Assembly: GCA_964016885.1 (NCBI GenBank)
Contig: OZ024743.1
Coordinates: forward strand, 212,412,001 to 212,476,000
DNA: 64,000 bases
Source: Eledone cirrhosa
Lineage: Eukaryota
Direction of reading: 5' to 3'
This document shows, one piece after another, positions 15,401 to 27,800 of the stretch. Each line of letters starts with the position of its first letter. Within the stretch, counting starts at the first letter, position 1. The notes under the pieces were generated by a model. That model had not been told where the DNA came from. It ran no database searches and was given only the letters and a program-made list of their open reading frames with translations. A program made the position numbers and the translations under genes.

Positions 15401-16973
15401 ACTTGAGGCAACAATTGGTCGGGTGACCGTGTCTCGCTCGTATAGGACTGTCTGGCTGGATGCCCTTCCTAACACCAACCACGTTTACAGTGTGGACTGG
15501 GAGGTTTTTACCGAGTTACCTACATGGCCACATTACAGCGTGGACTGTGTGTTTTTTTTGTCGTAACACCTACACAACCTCATTTATTTTGGACTGGATG
15601 TTGTGGTACCAACATAACTTTACAGAGAAAGGGTGGTGTTGGTGGGAGTGGGGGGTAGTGGGATGGCGGTGTATATTTGGTTAAGAGGTGCCTACTGACT
15701 AGGTTTCGTTTTGTACATAGGCAAGGCGGGTCTTCTGTATTACTGTGTAGCGCCAAAGATCTCAGTCCAGTGACATTGTCTTAGAGAGGTGTAAGTGTGT
15801 CGGGTCAGAATTTATCAAATCGTCCCAGGTTTTTCTGGGTCTACCTACTCCGTAACTTCCATCAATTTTGATCGCCCTGCACTTTTTTTATATAGCTGTC
15901 GCCTTAGTGGTTAGAGCATTGGCCCTGCAATCAAAAGGTTGTGAGTTCAATTCTCAGACTGGGTGATGTGTTGTTTCCTTGAGCAAGACACTTTATTTCA
16001 CATTGCTCCAGTTTACTCAGCTGTAGAAATGAGATGATAGGGACTGGGGTCCCTATCATTCCACTGCAAAGTGGACGTGTAGGTGCCATGGCAAAAAAGC
16101 ACCCAGCGCTCACTGTAAATGAGGTTGGTGTTAGGAAGGGTATCGAGCTGTAGAAATCAGTTCCCGTCCCACCCTTGCAAGCAGGGAAAAGCGGACGTAA
16201 AATGAAATGATGATGATTATTGATAGATTTCTTGCATTTTCATCTATCAGTTATGTTTTTACGGTTCTTTTGTTCTTTGTCTTGTCATAATCTGTGGTAT
16301 AATGACATGACTGTTATTACCTTACACTGGCTTAGCATCTTTAGAATGTACATCTATATATCTAAAACAGAGAATGTCTGTCTGTCTGACTCCCAAAAAC
16401 TCGAGAACCACCCAACCGATTGTTTTTAAACTTTACACATGTGAGTGTTTTGAGCAAAAAAATTTCAAATTTTCAATGCCCTAGGGACCGCATTAGGCGA
16501 TTTAGCGATCTCTCTCTATAATTCTTAGTCTTTCTTTTTAGATAGATACATAGATATAACGTTGCGCCCTGATAATATCTGTCTGTCTGCATTACGACAT
16601 TATGACGCTGTGTGTGTGTGTATCATTTTCATCATTTTACGTCCGCTTTTCCCTGCTTGCAAGGGTGGGACGGGAACTGATTCTGGCTTGATTTCTACAG
16701 CTGGATGCCCTTCCTAACACTAACCTCATTTACAGTGAATGCTGGGTGTTTTTTTGCCGTGGCACCTCCACGACCACTTTGCAGTGGAATGATAGGGACC
16801 CCAGTTCCTATCATCTCATTTCTACAGCTGAGTAAACTGGAGCAATGTGAAATAAAGTGTTTTGCTCAAGGAAACAACACATCGCCCGGTCTGAGAATTG
16901 AACTCACAACCTTTTGATTGCAAGGTCAATGCTCTAACCACTAAGCCATGCGTATATATAGTGTGTGTGTGTG

Positions 16974-17005
<32 letters not shown>

Positions 17006-17146
17006 CATATATATGTATATGTGTGTGTGTGTGTAACGTTTTTCGAAATATTTACTTCTGCGTTCACAGATTGATTTTTTTAGTTTCAGAAGAACCCGTT
17101 AAGGGTGAAAGCAGCGATTCTTTGCTTAAACTTTACTCTGTTATTT

Positions 17147-17208
<62 letters not shown>

Positions 17209-20200
17209 GTGTACAGATATTTTTGCATACACAATAACAAAATATAAACAAACGTATTTATTTCACGAGGCTCGATAAGGATAGATATATATCAAATATA
17301 TAAGAAACCTAGAGCAAATCCCAAGCAACGCCGGGCCATTCTGGTAGTATATATCTAAAGTCTGTCTCGAGCCTGGAGGTTTATCAGGCCGGTGCTTATC
17401 CCGGTTTCCTTGGCATGAAACGACTAAGAGTACAAGACTCACCTCTTTGACAGGACACCAGTCCATCGCAGGATTAAGCTTCCAGCTATTGCTGGTACTA
17501 ATTTTCAGCTGAGTATACTGGAGCAACGTGAAATAAAGTGTCTTGCTCAAGGAAACAACACACAACCCAGTCTAGGTGACTGTGTCAAAGTTTTCTAGGT
17601 CAATAAATGAAACCAGCCTAGTTCTCTAAGATTTCCTTCACAGAAGTATAACTCTTGTGGTTATTCATCCTGTTAATAACTGAAATAACATTCTTTCAGA
17701 CTTGTTTCGGTTTTTTTTTTTTTGTAGTGTCACTATAAAAACTGTATTTAAATAACTTTGTCATTTTTCATCAGAAAGTGAAAGAGAAAGAAATTGGCCG
17801 AAGACAACTTGGGAAAGATGTCCAAAAACTACGAAGGAATCAGGTTGACCGAAGCTTGAAAGAGATGCAAGATGAGATCAAAAAGGAGAGAGAAGAAGAC
17901 CGTCGGGCAAGACAGCGCATTAAGGATGAAATTGACAGGGACAGGTAATAAGGGCTTATAGTACAACATATTCCTCAATGAAATAAGATTTACAGGGACA
18001 GATAATAAGGGTACAATACACTCCTCAATAAAATAAGGTGTCTTGAAATTGCTTGTTTCAGATTTCATTCAACTTTCATGTTTACTAGTAAAAACCCATT
18101 ACTACGCTGCTGGTAAAATACACACACAAACACATACAACCAGTAAAATAGCTCTCTCTCTCATATATATATATACACATACATACATACACACACATAT
18201 ATATATGACCTAGAAAACATTGACTTGAAGTTCAGTTTTGTGAGGGCAGCCTTTTCCATATCCCAAGTTTCTCTTAGTCAACCTCTTCCACAGTTTCTAT
18301 CAACTTCGAGTGTCCTGTACTTTTTTATGCAGCTGTCATCCTTCATATATATCACATGTCTGTACCAGCATAGTCTTCTCTTCTGTACACTGCATCTAAT
18401 CCCTCTCACACATGTTTATATTATTTATTGAAACTGAAACAAGTATTATTTTTGTGTTTTAAATGATTATTGTAATGACGATTGTGAGTTCACATTATAT
18501 TTTCTATCAGGGCTCAGCGTAAAGCCAAGTATGAACAGGAAAAAATAGAGAGAGAGTTGATGCAGAAAGAAATACGAGAGAAGAAAATGCAAGAGAGTCA
18601 GATGACTGCTGCTGAGAGAGATGCTGCTCGAAGGTAATTGTTAACTTTAAAGTTAGCAAGTCAAACATTTACATCCATTTTTCTTTGTTAATACATAACT
18701 GAGACAACAGATTCTGGCTTGTCTTTGAGATCAGTAGCCACCACTTCAGTACTGATTTGGTTTATATAGACCTGTCCAACCCTTGCTAGCAGGGAAAGTG
18801 AATGTTAAAACAATGATGATGATGCAAGTAATTTTACAACTGGCTGTCTTTCTTGATGCTAACCATTCAACTGTGTGGTCAGATGATGATACACGAACCA
18901 TAATGGGGCTTGCTTAAGAGCAAAATATTATGGCTTCTGAATTTGTGTTGTATAGTTGCTTGTCGTTTTATAGTTAGAGTTACTGTATATACTCGAATAT
19001 ACACTGAGGAATATGTGATCAAAATGTTGATGATAAAATGGGTGGGGGTTGGCTTATATACGCCATCTAAACAATGTGTTGATTAGCTGTCTCGGCTTAT
19101 AAATGGGGTTTGGATTATTGCCCATTTCTCAGGCATAAAATACGGAGGTCAGCTTGTATTTAGATCGGCTTATATTCGAGTATATACAGTACTTGGCTTT
19201 GATTAAAGATCATTGCTATCAAATATAGCAGATCACTTATCTCAGTCAGTTCCTATACATCTGTGGAGGAAGTCATGTTAAATTATGTTTGAGCATTTTC
19301 TTTGTAAATACTAATTAGATTATTGTTACAGTGATCTGTGAAGAGTCGACAGTAGTGTAAATATCACTTTATTCTACATTGCCTTACTTGTTGGAGAGCA
19401 GGCCTTTTACAGAATATTGCTTGAACTAGACTATCTATCCTCTTCATATAAGGTTCAGCTGAAAAAAGCTCATAGGCTAACAAAAATATTCTCATTGAAT
19501 GACCAAATGAGATTTATTTTTTAACATAGTCCCTAGAAAGAAATAATTGTTTCTACTTTTGGCACAAGGCCAGCAATTACCCAGTACATTACTGGTACTT
19601 TATTTTATCGACCCCGTAAGGATGAAAGGCAAAAAAGAAATAATGCAGTTATTAATAAGAAGAGTTGAAATTAATGCATGCAAGATTTCTCAGCTCTAGC
19701 ATCACTCCTTTACAGTCATCCTATGAAATTTTCAGCCGACTTTCATAACACTACAGAAACTAGAGATGAGCACCAACTCTTGTCATTTATGAAATGATGA
19801 ATTTTAATTTTAATTTTTTTCTTTAGCTTATTACTTTCTACTTAATGACTAAAGATCTTACAAAATATCTTACTTTCTCATGTTTTGTATTTTTAAAACT
19901 ATTTCCAGAGAAATCTCCCGAATTCAGTTTCGTCTACCTGATGGCGCTGCTATAACACAGCAGTTCAAGTCCTCTGAACCTCTTTCAGTAGCCTGTGACT
20001 TTATTTCTCAAGTTAGTACTGTGCTTTGTCTTTCTCTATACATTTTTGTATGTCTACGTATCATCATAATTAGGAAGAAGTGTCAGTTAAAGGAAGCCAC
20101 AGTAGAGGTAGGCCAAAAGCGACCTGAGCAGAGGTGGTGCGAGTTGATCTCAAATTGCTGAGACTCACAGAGGAGATGATGAAGGAATGCGGCAAGTGGA

Positions 20201-23200
20201 GAAATGCCGTGCTGAGAAGAACCTGTCCAACCCATGCAAGCATGGAAAAACCGACATGAAAACCATAATGATTATGATGTTCTTAGATAAACTATAGTGG
20301 AAGATTTTTAGATAAATATAAACACTTTAAAATAAGCAGTTTTGTAACATAAAACCCGGGGTTGTTTCTGGAAGTTTAGTATCAAAAGAGTTCATAGTGT
20401 ATTTTGGAAATAGTTTGATTTTCACATTTATGAAGATTAGGTGTAAGAAGAAAAGGGAACAGCAATGCATCTTTTCTGAAACAAGCATTTGTTATCTTAC
20501 TGATTTGTAATAAATAAATAAAAAAAGAAAGAAAGAAACCAAGCCAGAAACAGTTCTGTATAAGCAAGACATGGTATTCTGATATGACTTGTTTCACAAT
20601 GGGACAATTCGTCTAACCCAAAGGTTCTCAACGGGGGGCATATGCACCCCAGGGGGGCGTTTGGGAGCAAGGTCGCGTTAGGGGGGGCGTTTGGAGAGGG
20701 GGAGGGGGGTTAGGGGGCGCTGGAAGGCTCTTTATTTTGGTAAGTTTTATAAGCCATATGTGTATGTCTTTGAGACAGCCAGTGTGAATGCATTTGAATG
20801 AGCTTGCAGACAGCATAACTATAGTCTGACCGCAGCTGTGAGCAGGTGTACAGGCATGTCCGGTAATTGAGATCCTAAAAATGAAAAAAACCCACAGTCA
20901 ACTGGGTCAAAGACACTTTGAGCGCAGCCAGTTAGAATCTTATTTTTCCTTCACCGATAACAATGTATTTCATGTCTGAAATTATTGACTCAACTGCAAC
21001 GAGTTAACACTGTAGATCTATTTTATTCCCCATTGTATAAATAATATTACAAATAAAAAAAAAAAGAAAAGAAAAAACAGAACCGAGTAGCACACACATC
21101 TAGGACCACGCACATACAACACATAATCGGATAATACACACATATTTGGAATATTGTTAATCAATTTTTTAGTAAACTACTGATATAAAAATCAGTAGTA
21201 TAATGAAAAATGGAAATGGGGGGGGGGGGGGCGTTTCATGATTTCGAGGGACAAAAAGGGGCGTTTGGCCTAAATGGGTTGAGAACCTGTGGTCTAACCC
21301 ATGCTCGTGTGGAAAAATGGATGTTAAATGATGATTAGTTTTCTTGCTACATTAGTGTCCAACCCTTGCTAGCAGGGAAAGCAGTGTTAAACAATAATTG
21401 TTTCTACTTTAGGCACAAGGCCAGCAATTACTCAGTGCATTACTGGTACTTTATTTTATCGACCCCGTAAGGATGAAAGGCAAAGTCAACCTCGGCAGGA
21501 TTTGAACTCAGATCGTAAAGGGACGTAACTATGCTGGAAAGCATGGCGTCCGACTCTACCGATACTGCCAATCCACCGTGTTAAACAATAATAAAGGATG
21601 ATTATATTTTGTTTGTCAGTTCTTGTCTTATCTCCATTAGAAATTATGCAATGTATATTTGCTTCTCATTAACTCAACTACTTCTTTCTCCTCTTAAATT
21701 TTCTACTAAACAAAATCAACAAAAGAATTCTACGTGGTCACTTGACTTACTTTAAATAGCTTTAAAATCACACCCCTGCCATTTCGGAAACAAGATATAT
21801 TCAATAATGTAGTCATAGAAACACTATGTCTGAATATAAGTTGTAGTGGCCATTGCTAGAGCATATTTTATCAAAAATCTATTGACTTTGTACTAGATTT
21901 AAGCAGTAACTGAACATATATGCTGGCTGTTCTCACTGTGGAACACTTCTACTAACAATCTATATACATCAGGCATAAATATCCAATTTGCAGTCTCTAT
22001 ATTTACTTGACTGATCTCATCTAACCCATTACATTTATCTGTAAATGTGGTTGGCATTGGGAAAGGCATCCAGCCATAGAAACCAAGCCAAAATCATTTC
22101 TGTATGAGTAAGACACGGTCATCTTACCTGGTTTGTCTCACAACGGGACAACTTGTCGAACCCATGCTAGCATAGAAAAGTGGATATTAAACTGTGATGA
22201 TGATGAACTGTGTTTTATTTTTCTCTTTCTACATTATACCAGACTCCTTTACTATTGATATTTTTCAGTTTCTTTTTTTCAACATTTTTATGTATAACTG
22301 AAATTATCTTAGTATTTTAGTATTACAAAATTTCTTGGCAATAGCAAGAGGTGGGTAACTATATATTAATATCTCTAAATGGCATGGAGTTCACAATTTC
22401 TTTCTAGGTCTTGTAAAGATGTAGAAGAAAATCTCTCTTTCTAACATATTAAATGTGACAAAACAAAAGAGAAAATTATGTCTAAAGATTACCACACTGT
22501 CTAACCCATGCTAGCTTGGAAAAATGGATGTTAAACGAGGATGATGTAACACTTTTGAAGAAAAGAACTTTGTTTAACCAGTATTCAGACTGTGATCCCC
22601 CTGTCTGTATATTGATTTCTATTTAGGAGAAAGGCAAAGCTGATTATATCAACCGCAGGACTTTACTGGCACTTTATTTTATCAACCCTAGAAGGATGAA
22701 AGGCAAAGTTAACCTTGGCTGGAATTGAACTCAGAACATAAAGAGCCAGAACAAACCCCTCAAAGCCATCTAATATTCTACTAATTCTGCCAATCCACCA
22801 CCCTACTTCTGTCTTTTTAGATGGTAGGTATGTTAAGAGCAATTTTAACTACTACATCAGCTGTTCAAGTGACTGCACAATATCCACACTGAAGCTATGC
22901 ATATTGCGGAACTAGATGTCTAGGTCATTCCTAAAAGCTCACCAAGTTATCTTTATATGTTGTATCTGCTTGAGTAGAGCTGAGGCTGTTAGATAACAAC
23001 AAATATTAAGATGTGAAGGATTTTGATGATTATTCAACATAGATTTGTGATGTTATGAATTGTCTGTTTTTCATGTTGATTTCCTATGGATTTTTTTCTA
23101 GCATACTGGTTCAAACATCCAGCTGTATACAATGTTCCCAAAGAGGACTTTCACTGCTCAGGATATGGCCTCAAGTTTGTCATCTCTTGAACTCGTACCC

Positions 23201-24791
23201 AGTGCTGTTATTCTTGTCATACCGGTGAGTGGAAAGCTGCATGTAACTGATACAATTATTCTGATTTTTACAAAACTTCCAACTTTGCTGTAAAGCAAAC
23301 CACATTATAGACTCGACAAAAAACACCCTGTCCACACTTTAAAGTGGTCCTGTTGGTGATATGACAAAAGGTGCCCAGTACACACTGAATGTGGTTGGTG
23401 TTATGAAGTGCATCCAGCTGTAGAAACCATGCCAGAAACAGTTCTGTATAAGTAAGACACAGTCATCTGATCTGGCTTGTCTCAATGGGACAACTCGTCT
23501 AACCCATGCTAGCATGGAAAATGGACGTTAAATGGTGATGATGATGAAATATTAAAATACTCAGACACAAACACACACCCACAAATGCACATTTATACTT
23601 CCAGCATTGAAAAGAGACATAAAATGAAGATGATGATGATGATGGTGGTGATGATATAGCTTACATACACATATTTATTATATACACAAAACATTATGTA
23701 ATATATGCAAACATACAATATGACCATGGTGGTTGAATAGTTAAATGTATAGAATTATTGTTTCAAAACGTTTTCTCAGGTATGTGCTAACTACTACTAC
23801 TACATTCATCCACTCCTTTATGGTGACGCAATAAAACCTTTCCATCTCACACGATCAAGTATAAACTTCCTCAGTTCTTCACCTGATAGTTTGGTATCTT
23901 CCTCAACGACTCTCTTTAATATTTTGAGAGGTCTTCTGCATTTGCATTTCACAATATTGGGCTCCCATAGTAAAAGTTTTGTATCAGGTTCAGTGTCTCT
24001 CATTACATGTCCTGCAAATTGGAGATGCCTGGCATGGATGGTATGGCTAATAGGCGGGAGGTTGCCGTAGGGAATTTTGTGTGTAACAATGGTCAAGAGG
24101 TTTGATATTTTTTAGCATCTAAAGCTTTGGTGATAGATATTGTCACCAACCATAATTCACAGGAATACAATAAGATTGATTCTACTGTAGCTTTGAATAA
24201 TCTAACTTTTGTTTTTGTGGTTATGTTATATTTCCACACCTTATCTAATGAGCAGATCATGCTTGTGCTATCCTGTTGTTTATTTCATTTAACGAGTTGG
24301 TGTATACGCCAAATATTTGAAGTCGTCTATTTTTTTGAGAACAGTATTGCTTAATGATTTAATGTTTGTTATTTGATCTGAATAGATGGTCATGTATTTG
24401 GTTTTGTTGAAATTTAGGAAGAGTCCCATAGCTTGAATAGAAACTTCTAGCTTGTGTAAGAAATCCTCTAGCTTACTAGTTGAATCTGCACATAAGACAA
24501 TGTCATCAGTGAATTCTATATCTGTTAGATGTTGTAGCTGTCTTGAGCTTCTGCGCTTTTGAAGGGTAAAGTCATCAAAATCATTAATTGCAACACATAG
24601 TGCATAGTCAAGTATGGTGATAAATAAATATGGTGTGAGGGGATAGCCTTGAAGCACACCTGTGACTACCTGAAAGAAAGCAGTTTCTCCTTTTGCTGTC
24701 AGTACCGTAACACTAGTTAATAATGCTCCATTTGTTTTGACTTTGCCTAACAATCTACTAGTTTTTTGTATTCAGTAGTAGTAATGGTTGT

Positions 24792-24822
<31 letters not shown>

Positions 24823-27800
24823 ACGTTTAACGTCCGTGTTCCACGCTTGCATGGGTTTGGGCGGGGGTTTTCCCACTTGAGGCAAGAGTGATTATCTTGC
24901 TCGCATAGGACTATCTGGCGGGTTTTCTACAGCTGGATGCCCTTCCTAACACCAACCACATTTACAGTGTGGGGCTGGGAGGTTTTTACCGTGTTGCCTA
25001 CACGGCCACATTACAGCGTGAACTGTGTTTTTTTGTCGTGACACCTACACGATCTCATTTGTTTCGGCCTGGATGTTGTGGCACCAACATAACTTTACAT
25101 TGAAAGGGGGTGTATTTTGTTAGAGATGCCTACTGACTGTAGTAGGTTTTACTTTGTATTTAGGTAAGGCGGGTCTTCTCTATTACTGAGTACCGCCAAA
25201 GATCTCGGTCCAGTGATATTGTCTTGGAGAGGTGTAAGTGTGTGAGGTCGGAATTTATCAGCTCGTCCCAGGTTTTTCTGGGTCTGACTATTCCGTGGCT
25301 ACCGTCTATCTTTATTGCCCTGCACTTTGTTATACAGCTATCGTCTTTCATGCGCATCACGTGACCATACCAACGTAGCCTTCTCTCGAGTAAACAACAT
25401 CTGATCCCTCTTATTTCTAATTTTTTCCTTAGTTCGTTTATGCTTTGCCGTTCACGTATATTACTATTACACATCCAGCGGAGCATGCAAGCTTCGTTCC
25501 TCTCTAGTCTGCGTATATCCTCTGCATACAATGCCCAGGTCTCACTGCCATGCAACATTGCTGTTCATATGCAGGCATCATACAACCTGCCTTATAACTG
25601 TAAAAATAATAATATACATGCATGTTTGGATAGACATGTTGAGACTGACCTGCGTGGTGAAAAGCCACATCCTATACAAGGTGCCTCTGATATGGCTATC
25701 ATGGGATAGTCTACCAGGACAGGTCAGATCTAGAGGAGTAAGCCTCAATAAAAATCCTGCTTGTCTCATAGTAAGCAGTAGCTCATGTGATGATGATCAG
25801 TTTAATTAGATGACCTCAGTGTTGTGAACACCAGTGGCTTCAGAGATGATTGACTATTAATTTGATGATGGGTTGGCACAACTGCTCCAGTTAGCAGAGA
25901 TATCTATGAGTATGCAGTTGTGGCAAGCCCCATATATTCTAGCCATTAGAAAAAGCAAAAAAATGTTTCACCTTCAATGGAGAGATGACTCAAGAAGAAG
26001 AAGGATAGACAGACAAATAGTTGTATAATCAATTTTGAATATATGTATTTGCTTACAGATACACACACACATGTATACATGTTCATATATCAATCATGGT
26101 TCTGTGGTTTAGTAGTTTGCTTCTAAAGCATGTAATCCAAGATATGGTCTCCCTCCATGGCACCTTGTGAGTGAATTTTGTAGATGGGAACAGTGCGAAA
26201 GCCCGTTGTGTGTGTTTGTGTTTGTGTCACATCCAAATCACCATTAAGTTGGTGTATCTCTACTGTACTAAAAAGTATGGATTGGTATCAGGGAGACCAT
26301 CTGGCTGTAGAAATTTGCCATGGACGTTAATATATAGATACATATAAAATGCTTGAATAAAATAGAATTGTTTGTTTTGTTTTTTCAAACTTGTCCCTTA
26401 AAAATAAAAATCTTGTATTAGAGGTTTTTATTGTTTTTAATTCAGTGGAAGTGCTATAAAAAAAACAGTTGACATATCTTTCAATTTTTCTCTTTCCATT
26501 AAGGAAATGTTGATTGACTTGTATCCAAAGTTGTCTTATATTTAAATATATATTGTGTTCATTTATGGTTATATTACTTTCTATTTCCAGAAAAAAACAA
26601 TGCTAGTACAAACAACAAATAACTCCAACAGTATATTTAGCATGATGCTAGCACCTCTATTTACATTGTTGAACTTTATATATGGAATAATATTTGGGAC
26701 TCCATACTATGACAGCCCAACAAACAGTAAAAGCAGAAAAAAAGAAACAAAAAACACAGTTCCAACAAGTACAACTTCTCAACGACCATCAACGTAAGTT
26801 TTTTTAATCTCTTTAGTTCAAATTTCTGATTATTGTTGTTGTTTAATTCAGTCATGATTGTGCAGGCATGTGATCAAAAGTGGGCCAGCTGTGACCATCT
26901 TGTATTTATTATGTGTCTATTAATATAGTACCTGTGTCAGTTTTTTTTAGATGGTAGTATCAGATTTCAGTGGGATTTAGCTGCTATTTCTAGCCGGTTG
27001 AGTGACCATGTAGCAGTTCACTTGTTGGTTGTTGATACAGTGTTGCTTTTCAATCTTGTGATAAGGTCTATTTAGTAAGAGTTGCCTTAAAAGCCCAAAG
27101 ACCAAGAAAGTGACTTTGTCCAGCTTGCCAGTAAAGAGTAGGTGAGAACTCAGCAGTCTATTGCTCATTTAAACAAAGGGTGCACAAAATTTACCATGGA
27201 ATTATAAGACATGTTTTATTTCCATGTGTCTAACACACGTGGGCATGCCCACAAAGTCAGAAAACAGTACAGTTCCCATGACTTTCAGAAACATTTTTTC
27301 ACGCTCAGAGTTGCTGAAGCATGGAACAAACTACCTGCATCAGTTGTTAGCTGTCGAGACACTGCATCCTTTAAGGCCTCCATGCTTCTCGAGATTCGCC
27401 AACACTACACCTAATGTTCCCCTCCATACACATACACACATGTATACCATGACTCATACTCTATTCACTTCCCTGACATTTGTGTATTCTATGTACTATA
27501 CATGCACCTTTGACGAGTTGTAGTGCACCTGAGCACTTTACACAATAATTTCATTATATTATTATGTATAAGAAGAATATGAGTATTTAAAAAGAAACAT
27601 GAATAAAACAATGAGATAATGATTTTTAGATTCATACTGCACATCTAGTTACATGCATTTACAAAAATTAAATGAATTAATTAGTTCATAGCTTTGATAC
27701 AGTAGAGAAAGCTAAAAAAAATGGTTGGCTGAGAAAACTGAAGAGATTTCGACTCAATTTTTAGATAATATTTAATGATAATGGAAACTCGCCTGAAATA

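Larger units (their letters stand above)
16354..17348 (+). mobile_element. Non-autonomous Helitron-like element containing a nested SINE
   Basis: 5' TCTATATATCTAAAA..TGTCTGTCTGTC..CAACCGAT; 3' hairpin CCCAAGCAACGCCGGG followed by CTGGTAG-T. Confidence 0.7.
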
